A stretch of DNA of 64,000 nucleotides, taken from the NCBI RefSeq assembly GCF_058153355.1, contig NZ_CM177019.1; one strand, 5' to 3'. The position numbers and the translations under genes are program-made. The notes under the pieces are model-generated. The model worked only from the letters and a program-made list of their open reading frames with translations. It ran no database searches and was not told the DNA's origin. Shown piece by piece: positions 54,516 through 64,000 of this stretch. Every line of letters begins with the position of its first letter. Within the stretch, counting starts at the first letter, position 1.

Positions 54516-55928
54516 ATGTCACTCAGTCGGCGTCAGTTCATTCAGGCATCGGGGATTGCACTTTGTGCAGGCGCTGTTCCCCTGAAGGCCAGCGCAGCCG
54601 GGCAACAGCAACCGCTACCCGTTCCGCCGCTGCTTGAATCTCGCCGTGGGCAACCGCTGTTTATGACTGTACAACGTGCGCACTGGTCATTTACGCCAGG
54701 GACACGCGCGTCGGTCTGGGGAATCAATGGTCGTTACCTGGGGCCGACTATCCGCGTCTGGAAGGGCGATGATGTTAAGCTGATCTACAGTAACCGCCTG
54801 ACAGAAAATGTCTCAATGACGGTGTCTGGTTTACAGGTGCCTGGCCCGCTGATGGGCGGTCCGGCACGGATGATGTCGCCAAACGCTGACTGGGCACCCG
54901 TATTACCCATTCGCCAGAACGCAGCGACATTGTGGTATCACGCTAATACCCCCAATCGCACGGCTCAGCAGGTCTATAATGGCCTTGCCGGAATGTGGCT
55001 GGTGGAAGATGAAGTCAGCAAGTCGCTGCCTATCCCCAACCATTATGGTGTGGATGATTTTCCGGTCATTATCCAGGATAAACGGCTGGATAACTTTGGT
55101 ACGCCAGAATACAACGAACCGGGAAGCGGCGGCTTTGTTGGAGATACGCTGCTGGTCAACGGTGTACAAAGCCCGTACGTTGAAGTCTCGCGTGGCTGGG
55201 TGCGCTTGCGTCTGTTGAACGCGTCGAACTCTCGTCGCTATCAACTACAGATGAGCGATGGTCGCCCGTTACATGTGATTTCTGGCGATCAGGGATTCTT
55301 GCCTGCTCCTGTATCGGTGAAGCAACTTTCGCTGGCACCGGGCGAGCGCCGCGAGATTCTGGTGGATATGAGCAACGGTGATGAAGTGTCGATCACCTGT
55401 GGCGAAGCGGCGAGCATTGTTGCTCGTATTCGTGGCTTCTTTGAGCCATCCAGCATTCTGGTTTCTACGCTGGTGCTCACGTTGCGCCCGACCGGGCTAC
55501 TGCCGCTGGTTACTGACAGCCTGCCGATGCGCCTGCTGCCAACTGAAATTATGGCCGGTTCGCCGATTCGCAGTCGCGATATCAGTCTGGGTGATGACCC
55601 GGGTATCAATGGGCAGCTGTGGGACGTCAACCGTATTGATGTCACCGCGCAGCAAGGAACGTGGGAACGCTGGACGGTACGCGCGGACGAGCCGCAAGCG
55701 TTCCATATTGAAGGCGTGATGTTCCAGATCCGTAACGTGAATGGCGCGATGCCGTTCCCGGAAGACAGAGGCTGGAAAGATACCGTTTGGGTTGACGGAC
55801 AAGTGGAGCTGCTTGTTTATTTCGGTCAGCCTTCCTGGGCGCACTTCCCGTTCTACTTCAACAGTCAGACGCTGGAAATGGCGGACCGTGGCTCGATTGG
55901 GCAATTGTTGGTCAATCCGGTACCGTAA
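54516..55928 (+). CDS. ftsP: Cell division protein FtsP (SufI), multicopper-oxidase fold, Tat-exported
   Basis: 470 aa; twin-arginine signal MSLSRRQFIQASGIALCAGA. Confidence 0.93.
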   Translation: MSLSRRQFIQASGIALCAGAVPLKASAAGQQQPLPVPPLLESRRGQPLFMTVQRAHWSFTPGTRASVWGINGRYLGPTIRVWKGDDVKLIYSNRLTENVSMTVSGLQVPGPLMGGPARMMSPNADWAPVLPIRQNAATLWYHANTPNRTAQQVYNGLAGMWLVEDEVSKSLPIPNHYGVDDFPVIIQDKRLDNFGTPEYNEPGSGGFVGDTLLVNGVQSPYVEVSRGWVRLRLLNASNSRRYQLQMSDGRPLHVISGDQGFLPAPVSVKQLSLAPGERREILVDMSNGDEVSITCGEAASIVARIRGFFEPSSILVSTLVLTLRPTGLLPLVTDSLPMRLLPTEIMAGSPIRSRDISLGDDPGINGQLWDVNRIDVTAQQGTWERWTVRADEPQAFHIEGVMFQIRNVNGAMPFPEDRGWKDTVWVDGQVELLVYFGQPSWAHFPFYFNSQTLEMADRGSIGQLLVNPVP

Positions 55929-55931
55929 TCG

Positions 55932-55968
55932 CCATACTCGCCCGAGAGGGCGAGTATGGAATACTTTT
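55932..55968 (+). terminator. Candidate terminator hairpin after ftsP
   Basis: CATACTCGCCC-GAGA-GGGCGAGTATG stem-loop followed by a U-rich stretch. Confidence 0.55.
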
Positions 55969-56037
55969 CGATTTCTCTTTCGTTCCGGCTTATAATCCCC
56001 GGCCTTTGATTATTTTTTTATCATTTCTGGAAGCAAA

Positions 56038-58257
56038 ATGAGCTCTATCTCCCTGATCCAACCGGATCGCGACCTGTTCTCCTGGCCGCAGTATTGGGCC
56101 GCCTGTTTTGGACCGGCACCGTTTTTGCCGATGTCTCGTGAAGAGATGGATCAACTTGGCTGGGATAGCTGCGACATCATTTTGGTTACTGGCGACGCGT
56201 ATGTCGATCATCCCAGCTTTGGGATGGCGATTTGCGGTCGTATGTTGGAAGCGCAGGGCTTTCGCGTCGGGATCATCGCCCAACCGGACTGGAGCAGCAA
56301 AGACGATTTCATGCGTCTGGGTAAACCGAATCTGTTTTTCGGTGTTACTGCTGGCAACATGGACTCGATGATCAACCGCTATACCGCCGATCGCCGTTTA
56401 CGTCATGACGATGCCTACACGCCGAATAACGTCGCGGGTAAGCGACCGGATCGCGCCACACTGGTTTATACCCAGCGTTGTAAAGAGGCGTGGAAAGATG
56501 TACCGGTGATCCTCGGCGGTATTGAGGCAAGTCTGCGCCGTACCGCGCATTATGATTACTGGTCCGATACCGTGCGCCGTTCCGTGCTGGTGGATTCGAA
56601 AGCCGACATGCTGATGTTCGGTAACGGTGAGCGTCCGCTGGTGGAAGTGGCGCATCGTCTGGCGATGGGTGAGCCGATTAGTGAAATCCGCGATGTGCGT
56701 AATACCGCGATTATCGTAAAAGAGGCGTTGCCAGGCTGGAGCGGTGTGGATTCCACCCGTCTTGATACTCCTGGGAAAATCGACCCGATCCCGCATCCGT
56801 ATGGTGAAGATTTGCCGTGCGCGGATAACAAACCGGTGGCCCCGAAAAAGCAGGAAGCGAAAGCCGTAACCGTGCAGCCACCGCGCCCGAAACCGTGGGA
56901 AAAAACTTACGTATTGCTGCCTTCTTTCGAGAAAGTGAAGGGCGATAAAGTGCTGTACGCTCATGCTTCGCGTATTCTGCACCACGAAACCAACCCAGGC
57001 TGCGCGCGTGCGCTGATGCAAAAACATGGCGACCGCTATGTATGGATCAACCCGCCTGCCATCCCGCTTTCTACCGAAGAGATGGACAGCGTCTTTGCGC
57101 TGCCGTACAAGCGCGTGCCGCATCCGGCTTACGGTAATGCCCGAATTCCGGCTTACGAAATGATCCGTTTCTCTGTCAACATTATGCGCGGCTGCTTTGA
57201 CGGCTGCTCTTTCTGCTCTATTACCGAGCATGAAGGTCGCATTATTCAGAGCCGTTCGGAAGATTCGATCATCAACGAGATTGAAGCGATCCGCGACACC
57301 GTGCCAGGCTTTACGGGCGTGATTTCCGATCTCGGTGGGCCAACTGCCAACATGTATATGTTGCGCTGCAAATCGCCGCGCGCCGAGCAGACTTGCCGCC
57401 GTTTATCGTGCGTTTACCCGGATATTTGTCCTCATATGGACACTAACCACGAACCGACGATCAACCTCTATCGCCGCGCGCGTGATCTGAAAGGCATTAA
57501 AAAGATCCTCATCGCTTCCGGCGTGCGTTATGACATCGCCGTGGAAGATCCGCGCTATATCAAAGAGCTGGCGACCCATCACGTTGGCGGTTATCTGAAG
57601 ATTGCCCCGGAACATACCGAAGAAGGGCCGTTATCGAAGATGATGAAGCCGGGCATGGGCAGCTATGACCGCTTTAAAGAGCTGTTCGATACCTACTCGA
57701 AACAGGCAGGTAAAGAGCAATATCTGATCCCGTATTTCATCTCCGCACACCCGGGTACGCGTGATGAAGATATGGTGAATCTGGCGCTGTGGCTGAAAAA
57801 GCATCGCTTCCGTCTCGACCAGGTACAGAACTTCTACCCGTCGCCGTTGGCTAACTCTACCACCATGTATTACACCGGGAAAAACCCGCTGGCGAAGATT
57901 GGTTACAAGAGTGAAGACGTCTTCGTACCGAAGGGCGACAAACAGCGTCGTTTGCATAAAGCGTTGTTGCGTTACCACGATCCGGCAAACTGGCCGTTAA
58001 TCCGTCAGGCGCTGGAAGCGATGGGTAAAAAGCATCTGATTGGCAGCCGTCGTGATTGCTTAGTGCCTGCGCCAACCATCGAAGAGATGCGCGAAGCCCG
58101 CCGTCAGAACCGCAATACCCGTCCGGCGTTGACTAAACATACGCCGATGGCGACCCAGCGTCAGACACCTGCTACGGCAAAAAAAGCGTCGTCTACGCCA
58201 TCTCGCCCGGTGAATGCTGGTGCAAAGAAACGGCCTAAAGCGGCGGTTGGTCGTTAA
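56038..58257 (+). CDS. ygiQ: Radical SAM protein (UPF0313 family)
   Basis: 739 aa; CxxxCxxC-type radical SAM motif ([10 protein letters not shown]). Confidence 0.88.
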   Translation: MSSISLIQPDRDLFSWPQYWAACFGPAPFLPMSREEMDQLGWDSCDIILVTGDAYVDHPSFGMAICGRMLEAQGFRVGIIAQPDWSSKDDFMRLGKPNLFFGVTAGNMDSMINRYTADRRLRHDDAYTPNNVAGKRPDRATLVYTQRCKEAWKDVPVILGGIEASLRRTAHYDYWSDTVRRSVLVDSKADMLMFGNGERPLVEVAHRLAMGEPISEIRDVRNTAIIVKEALPGWSGVDSTRLDTPGKIDPIPHPYGEDLPCADNKPVAPKKQEAKAVTVQPPRPKPWEKTYVLLPSFEKVKGDKVLYAHASRILHHETNPGCARALMQKHGDRYVWINPPAIPLSTEEMDSVFALPYKRVPHPAYGNARIPAYEMIRFSVNIMRGCFDGCSFCSITEHEGRIIQSRSEDSIINEIEAIRDTVPGFTGVISDLGGPTANMYMLRCKSPRAEQTCRRLSCVYPDICPHMDTNHEPTINLYRRARDLKGIKKILIASGVRYDIAVEDPRYIKELATHHVGGYLKIAPEHTEEGPLSKMMKPGMGSYDRFKELFDTYSKQAGKEQYLIPYFISAHPGTRDEDMVNLALWLKKHRFRLDQVQNFYPSPLANSTTMYYTGKNPLAKIGYKSEDVFVPKGDKQRRLHKALLRYHDPANWPLIRQALEAMGKKHLIGSRRDCLVPAPTIEEMREARRQNRNTRPALTKHTPMATQRQTPATAKKASSTPSRPVNAGAKKRPKAAVGR

Positions 58258-58295
58258 GTGAAATGTGCCCGGCAGCAATGATACTGCCGGGAAAT

Positions 58296-58526
58296 TTATA
58301 ACCTTGGTTTATAAGGACTGTTACGAACGTCTAAGCGGTAATGCGCTCTTGCTGTTTCGTCTTTAACTTGCTGAATTTCCGGACGCAGGGCGTCAATATC
58401 CTGTTGCAGTTGATTAATTTTGTTATTCAATGCCTGAATATCATGTTCCAGGTGTTCAATTTTGGCATTGCTGGTACAGCCAACAAGACACAGCGCCAGC
58501 GGAATGGATAAGATAAGTTTGTTCAT
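58296..58526 (-). CDS. Lpp-like small lipoprotein (paralog of the adjacent yqhH)
   Basis: 76 aa from MNKLILSIPLALCLVGC (lipobox LVGC), then Lpp-like coiled-coil heptads (...NNKINQLQQDIDALRPEIQQVKDE...). Confidence 0.65.
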   Translation of the reverse strand: MNKLILSIPLALCLVGCTSNAKIEHLEHDIQALNNKINQLQQDIDALRPEIQQVKDETARAHYRLDVRNSPYKPRL

Positions 58527-58543
58527 TATGAATTCCAGAACCG

Positions 58544-58801
58544 TCATTCCGCATACATACGCAAGCAGCGCAGGCAATCAAAATAGTCCTGAGCATCAAG
58601 ACGCGTATTGGCTCTGTTAGCTTCGGATTTTGCCGCATAGATTTGCGGGCGTAATGCTTTCATATCCTGCTCAAGCCGGGCGATTTTGGCATTTAATGTT
58701 TGCACATTGCTCGCCAGCTGATTGACCTTTTGCTCATTGACGCAGCCGCTGAGCAAGCAGGTTGCCAGAACAACAGCCCCCACGGTGAAAATCGTTTTCA
58801 T
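58544..58801 (-). CDS. yqhH: Lpp-paralog lipoprotein
   Basis: 85 aa; [20 protein letters not shown] lipobox; Lpp-like heptads ([27 protein letters not shown]). Confidence 0.85.
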
Positions 58802-58851
58802 ATAGTGTTCCCTTTTATTTATTGTTCCGGCTAATTGTTATTTAATTCAGC

Positions 58852-59778
58852 TCATTGCTTTAATCTGGCGGCGGTTTTCACCTCAATCTGTTTAAGTAGG
58901 CTGCCGCTGTTCGGGCGGATAAAATCAGCGATTTCCCACTTACCTTCGCGCCGCTGTAAAACCAGTTCTTGCTCTTCGTTGTTGCCATTGGTCAGCGTAA
59001 AACGAACATGAATGCGGGCGGAATCGGTGGTTTTCTCCAGGACACGGATTTCATCAACGCGTGAAAATAGCGACTCTTCGCCAAAACAGATCGGATTGTC
59101 GTAAATAAATTGCCGTTCTATTTGCATATCTTCATCGGGATTGTTGGCAGTCTTGAAGGTGGTTTTATAGAAGGCATTGACCGCCTGGCGGTAAGAGTCG
59201 GAAACCACCCACGTCCACGGCCAGCTATAATCAGCAATATGTTCAAAGAGTTCGGCAACAAAGGCTTCCGGCTGTTCTTTTTGCAACGAAGCTACAGCGG
59301 CCAGCGTTTTTTCATTCTCGCTATTAACTGCTTGTAAGACGCTGCCATGATTGCTGACAATATCGTCAATGACCCAACGACCATTTTCCGCCACCATTTT
59401 CAGTGTCTGCGTGGTCTTTTCTTTATCGTCTTTAAAGATACGAAAGCGCACAACGGCATCGGCATGATCGGCGTCAGGTTGGGTTATCGCTACGCTTTTT
59501 AACACCAGATCGCCAAAATCCTGACAATCACAAACCGGATCATAATCCAGCCAGCCAATATTGCCCGGCAGCGTAAGATTGTCGTTCAGGGTAAGCGCCT
59601 GTTGAATACGCGCAGAAGTTATCGCTCGCTCTCCGGTTTCACCAAAATAAGGCGTACTGGCATCTGATTTATAGTTCTGATAAATCTGCCGGACTGTTTG
59701 TTCTACGGTCTGTGAAGGAGGCTGCGCGTGTACGGTAAAACTTGCCAGGGCTGCTAAAAACAGAAGTATTATTTTCAT
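58852..59778 (-). CDS. yqhG: DUF3828 family periplasmic protein
   Basis: 308 aa with signal peptide. Confidence 0.82.
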   Translation of the reverse strand: MKIILLFLAALASFTVHAQPPSQTVEQTVRQIYQNYKSDASTPYFGETGERAITSARIQQALTLNDNLTLPGNIGWLDYDPVCDCQDFGDLVLKSVAITQPDADHADAVVRFRIFKDDKEKTTQTLKMVAENGRWVIDDIVSNHGSVLQAVNSENEKTLAAVASLQKEQPEAFVAELFEHIADYSWPWTWVVSDSYRQAVNAFYKTTFKTANNPDEDMQIERQFIYDNPICFGEESLFSRVDEIRVLEKTTDSARIHVRFTLTNGNNEEQELVLQRREGKWEIADFIRPNSGSLLKQIEVKTAARLKQ

Positions 59779-59977
59779 CTGTTTTTCACCTCTCCGTTGC
59801 GTTTATCCCGGGTGTAGATGAATTGTTCCTTTAAGAGCTTCCGGCTCTGCATGATGATGTCCTTATATTTGGCATTCCTGAACAAGGAAGAGTAACAATG
59901 GGCGTGACGCGAGGGGAATAAATGATTTCTGAAAAGTCCGGTAGCGGAACATTACCGCCACCGGGAGAATTTGCGCG

Positions 59978-60805
59978 TTAGCCGCCGAACTGGTCGGGAT
60001 CGGGGCCGAGGCGTTTGCCCTGGTCGAGTTTGGCAATTTCACCTAGCTCGTCTTTGTCGAGACGGAAATCCCAGACATCAAAGTTTTCGGCAATACGTGA
60101 AGGTGTGACCGATTTCGGGATCACCACCAGGCCGTTATCCAGATGCCAGCGGATAACAATCTGCGCCGGGGTTTTGCCGTATTTATCTGCCAGATCGCGA
60201 ATGACTTTCTGATCGAAAACGCCTTTCCCACCTTGCGCTAATGGGCTCCAGGATTCGGTCTGGATTTTGTGTGTCGCGTTCCAGGCGTGAAGCTGGCGTT
60301 GCTGCATCAGCGGGTGGAGTTCAATCTGGTTTATCACCGGCGTCACGCCAGTTTCATCAATCAGGCGTTGCAGGTGATGGATCTGGAAGTTGCACACGCC
60401 GATGCTTTTGATTAAGCCCTCTTTTTGCAATTCGATCATGCCCTTCCATGCTTCGACATAGTGGTCGATAGCAGGAACGGGCCAGTGCATTAAGTAAAGG
60501 TCGACATAATCAAGCTGGAGTTTTTTCAGGCTGTCGAGCAGGGCTTCGCGGGGGCGCTTGTGGTCGTCGTTCCACAGTTTAGTGGTGATGAACAGTTCTT
60601 CTCTGTTAACTGAGGCATTTTTCAGGGCTTTGCCGACACCTTCTTCGTTCTTATAGGCCGCGGCGGTATCAATCGAGCGATAACCCACGTCTAACGCTTT
60701 TTGAATGGCAGTGATTACTTCCTCATTACTTGCTTGCCAGACGCCCAGTCCCAGCTGGGGCATGACATTGCCATCCTGTAGCTTAATAACGGTTGGATTA
60801 GCCAT
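59978..60805 (-). CDS. dkgA: 2,5-diketo-D-gluconate reductase A / methylglyoxal reductase (aldo-keto reductase)
   Basis: 275 aa; MANPTVIKLQDGNVMPQLGLGVWQ... Confidence 0.93.
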   Translation of the reverse strand: MANPTVIKLQDGNVMPQLGLGVWQASNEEVITAIQKALDVGYRSIDTAAAYKNEEGVGKALKNASVNREELFITTKLWNDDHKRPREALLDSLKKLQLDYVDLYLMHWPVPAIDHYVEAWKGMIELQKEGLIKSIGVCNFQIHHLQRLIDETGVTPVINQIELHPLMQQRQLHAWNATHKIQTESWSPLAQGGKGVFDQKVIRDLADKYGKTPAQIVIRWHLDNGLVVIPKSVTPSRIAENFDVWDFRLDKDELGEIAKLDQGKRLGPDPDQFGG

Positions 60806-60909
60806 ACGTTCCTCCTTTATATGAACTCACCGGAGCTGGCTCCGGTGAGGTGTTGTGAACTTAAGTCTGGACGAAATGCCCGAAAACGAAAGTTTGAGGC
60901 GTAAAAAGC

Positions 60910-62073
60910 TTAGCGGGCGGCTTCGTATATGCGGCGGCTGACATCCAGCGTAATGTCATGATTTTCGCCCAGTTGGGTCATACCGTGCTCTTCCAGTTTT
61001 TTCAACAAAGCCGGGATGGAGCTGCCGTCCAGACCGTAGTCGGAGAGGTGGGTCGGCACGCCTAATTGCTCAAAGAAATTGCGGGTTGCGGCAATTGCGG
61101 CGTCAATACGCTCATCGTCAGAACCTTCTGTGATGTTCCAGACGCGTTCAGCATATTGCAGCAGTTTAGCGCGTTTAGTGTCGCGTTTCTCATTCCACAG
61201 TGCAGGCAGGACGATAGCCAGCGTTTGCGCGTGATCCAGACCGTGCATCGCAGTCAGTTCGTGGCCCAGCATATGCGTTGCCCAATCCTGGGGTACACCT
61301 GCGCCAATTAAACCGTTCAGCGCCTGAGTCGCCGCCCACATAACGTTGGCGCGTACATCGTAGTTTTCTGGCTCTTTCAGGGCTTTCGGACCATCTTCGA
61401 TCAGCGTCAGCAAAATGCCTTCTGCGAAACGGTCCTGAATTTTGGCATCAACCGGTTTGGTAACATACTGTTCCACGGTGTGCACAAAGGCATCCACTAC
61501 ACCGTTAGCCACCTGACGCGGCGGCAGAGTGTAGGTATAAACTGGATCGAGCACGGCAAATACGGGTTGAACATGGGCAGAATGGAATGCCTGCTTGTCG
61601 CCTGTGGTTTTACGGGAGATCACCGCGCCTGCGTTGGATTCTGAACCGGTTGCTGGCAGCGTCAGCACACAGCCCATCGGGATGGCGCTTTTAATCTCTT
61701 TACCGCCCGTTTGTAGAATGTGCCACGGATCGATATTTTCTGGATAGTTAGCCGCCGCAGCGATAAATTTGGTGCCGTCCAGTACAGAACCGCCGCCAAC
61801 CGCCAGCAGGAAGGTTACTTTCTGTTCGCGAACCAGTTTCACGGCATTCATCAGCGTTTCATAAGCCGGGTTTGGCTCAATACCGCCAAATTCCAGCACG
61901 TCCATGCCTTTCAGGGCATCCAGAACTTGATCGAGAACGCCGGTTTTTTTCACGCTGCCGCCGCCGTAGGTAATCAATACGCGTGCATCGTGAGGAATTT
62001 GTTCGCGTAAACCAGCGATTGCGCCTTTACCAAAAAGAATACGGGTTGGGGTGTGCAGATTAAAGTTGTTCAT
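60910..62073 (-). CDS. yqhD: NADPH-dependent aldehyde reductase (iron-containing alcohol dehydrogenase family)
   Basis: 387 aa from [27 protein letters not shown]. Confidence 0.93.
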   Translation of the reverse strand: MNNFNLHTPTRILFGKGAIAGLREQIPHDARVLITYGGGSVKKTGVLDQVLDALKGMDVLEFGGIEPNPAYETLMNAVKLVREQKVTFLLAVGGGSVLDGTKFIAAAANYPENIDPWHILQTGGKEIKSAIPMGCVLTLPATGSESNAGAVISRKTTGDKQAFHSAHVQPVFAVLDPVYTYTLPPRQVANGVVDAFVHTVEQYVTKPVDAKIQDRFAEGILLTLIEDGPKALKEPENYDVRANVMWAATQALNGLIGAGVPQDWATHMLGHELTAMHGLDHAQTLAIVLPALWNEKRDTKRAKLLQYAERVWNITEGSDDERIDAAIAATRNFFEQLGVPTHLSDYGLDGSSIPALLKKLEEHGMTQLGENHDITLDVSRRIYEAAR

Positions 62074-62209
62074 TACTTGCTCCCTTTGCTGGGTCAATAT
62101 GAGGGCAGAGATCGGTCTGCCTGATGTATTTCATTGTGGTCGCCAGCGCCGTACCTCTCAATGCTCATTTCTGCCAATGTCTTGCCTATTTCTCCAGAGT
62201 GCTGGAGAA

Positions 62210-63166
62210 ATGCTACAAAATTGCGCACAATCAAATTGCCGCATTATTCCTAAGAAATTACGCGATATGAAACGTGAAGAGATTTGCCGCTTGCTGGCGG
62301 GTAAAGTTAATAAACTGAAAAATAAAAAAAATAGTTTGTCAGAGCTATTGCCCGATGTGCGTTTGTTGTATGGCGAGACGCCTTTCGCACGTACGCCGGT
62401 GATGTACGAGCCCGGCATCATAATTCTCTTTTCTGGGCATAAAATCGGTTATATCAATGAACGCGTGTTTCGTTATGATGCCAATGAATATCTGCTGCTG
62501 ACGGTGCCGTTGCCGTTTGAGTGCGAAACTTATGCCACGTCAGAGGTACCGCTGGCAGGGGTGCGTCTCAATGTCGATGTTTTGCAGTTACAAGAGCTGT
62601 TGATGGACATTGGCGAAGATGAGCATTTTCGGCCGTCGATGGCAGCCAGCGGGATTAACTCTGCCACGTTATCAGAAGAGATTTTATGTGCGGCGGAGCG
62701 GTTACTCGATGTGATGGAGCGACCGCTGGATGCGCGTATTCTCGGCAAACAGATCATCCGCGAAATTCTGTACTACGTGCTGACCGGACCTTGCGGTGGC
62801 GCGTTACTGGCGCTGGTCAGCCGTCAGACCCACTTCAGCCTGATTAGTCGCGTGCTGAAACGAATTGAGAATAAATACACCGAAAACCTGAGCGTCGAGC
62901 AACTGGCGGCAGAAGCCAACATGAGCGTATCGGCGTTCCACCATAATTTTAAGTCTGTCACTAGCACCTCGCCGTTGCAGTATTTGAAGAATTACCGTCT
63001 GCATAAGGCGCGGATGATGATTATCCACGACGGCATGAAGGCCAGTGCAGCAGCGATGCGCGTCGGCTACGAAAGCGCGTCGCAATTTAGCCGTGAGTTT
63101 AAACGTTACTTTGGTGTGACACCGGGGGAGGATGCGGCAAGAATGCGGGCGATGCAGGGGAGTTAA
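62210..63166 (+). CDS. yqhC: AraC-family transcriptional activator of yqhD-dkgA
   Basis: 318 aa from [10 protein letters not shown]...; C-terminal AraC HTH; divergent from yqhD. Confidence 0.88.
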   Translation: MLQNCAQSNCRIIPKKLRDMKREEICRLLAGKVNKLKNKKNSLSELLPDVRLLYGETPFARTPVMYEPGIIILFSGHKIGYINERVFRYDANEYLLLTVPLPFECETYATSEVPLAGVRLNVDVLQLQELLMDIGEDEHFRPSMAASGINSATLSEEILCAAERLLDVMERPLDARILGKQIIREILYYVLTGPCGGALLALVSRQTHFSLISRVLKRIENKYTENLSVEQLAAEANMSVSAFHHNFKSVTSTSPLQYLKNYRLHKARMMIIHDGMKASAAAMRVGYESASQFSREFKRYFGVTPGEDAARMRAMQGS

Positions 63167-63205
63167 ATGCGTTCCCGGTACCGCAACCGGGAACGGGGGA
63201 AATTG

Positions 63206-63865
63206 TCAGGCGTTACAGTATTTCTTTTTAATCACCACAAACAGCGTGCCTAACAAGCCTGCAGTTAACAAGGCAATCGGCAGGATCATCAGGAATGTCA
63301 TTACCTGATCTTCATGCCGTTTAACGAACGGAATCATGCTTAAGGCATAGCCGAAACTGGTTACTACGCTGACCCACAGCAATCCGCTTAGCCAGTTGAA
63401 AAACTGGAAGCGGCGGTTTGGCAGACCGGAAATTCCCGCCATGGTTGGCAGCAACGTACGGACAAATGCAAGAAAACGTCCAGCCAGCAGCGCCAGCAGA
63501 CCGTGGCGGTCAAACATGCAGGTGGCGCGCTGGTGATATTTAGCGGGAAGCTGTGCCAGCCAGCCTTTCACTGTTTTGGTATTCCCTAACCAGCGCCCCT
63601 GAATATAACTTAACCAGCAGCCCAGACTTGCTGCGGCGGTCAGAATCGCAATCGTAGGCAGAAAATCCATAACCCCCTGGGCAATCAATGCGCCAGCCAA
63701 TATCAACAAGCTGTCGCCTGGCAAAAATGAGGCGGGCAGCAGGCCGTTTTCTAAAAACAGCGTGGCAAACATGACAAAGTAAACAACGCTAACAATATGA
63801 GGATCCGCCAGCGCGGCAAAGTCGTGTTGCCAGAGCGCAGCGATGATATCTTGAATAACAGCCAT
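63206..63865 (-). CDS. yghB: DedA-family inner-membrane protein
   Basis: 219-aa polytopic membrane protein. Confidence 0.88.
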
Positions 63866-64000
63866 GGACTTTCCTGTGGAACAGCGTTTAAGCCTTTATC
63901 TGCCTATTGTACTCCTGAATCGTCCGGGACGCCTTGATCCCGGACGCAACAATTTAAGACTTTTCACAATAAAATGTCTGCAAAATTGTCCAAAAGTGGC

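Noticed and set aside
56398-57231. 277-aa ORF on the minus strand inside ygiQ
   Set aside because: Antisense to the radical SAM gene with no independent support.

Overview
This window is an Escherichia coli-type chromosomal segment whose gene order matches, in inverted orientation, the K-12 region aer - yqjI - yqjH - ileX - mug - rpoD - dnaG - rpsU - tsaD - ttdTBA/ttdR - plsY - folB - uppP - cca - ygiM - ygiF - glnE - hldE - yqiKJ - glgS - ubiK - ribB - zupT - ygiDCB - tolC - nudF - yqiB - cpdA - yqiA - parE - ygiN - mdaB - ygiZ - qseCB - ygiW - ygiV - parC - plsC - ftsP - ygiQ - yqhHG - dkgA - yqhD - yqhC - yghB. All calls are from reading the ORF translations and the sequence by eye; no database search was run, and gene names and K-12 comparisons come from recalled knowledge. 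Most of the window is ordinary, well-known core genome. The best candidate for an accessory system is a ~7.2-kb insertion between parE and ygiN (38935-46171): a TonB-dependent outer-membrane receptor divergent from a five-gene operon of a siderophore-type ABC importer plus an RpiR/SIS-family regulator, an unusual regulator for an iron-uptake locus. I cannot say from sequence alone whether it is truly undescribed; it may correspond to an already named E. coli iron locus such as fit. Other strain-specific features are a complete 1426-bp IS4 with 13-bp target duplications inserted into the rpoD/mug shared terminator, a 1-bp frameshift in mug, and two short junctions where K-12 (from memory) carries mqsRA-ygiS and the ygiL-yqiGHI fimbrial operon. 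No CRISPR array, rRNA or prophage was seen.
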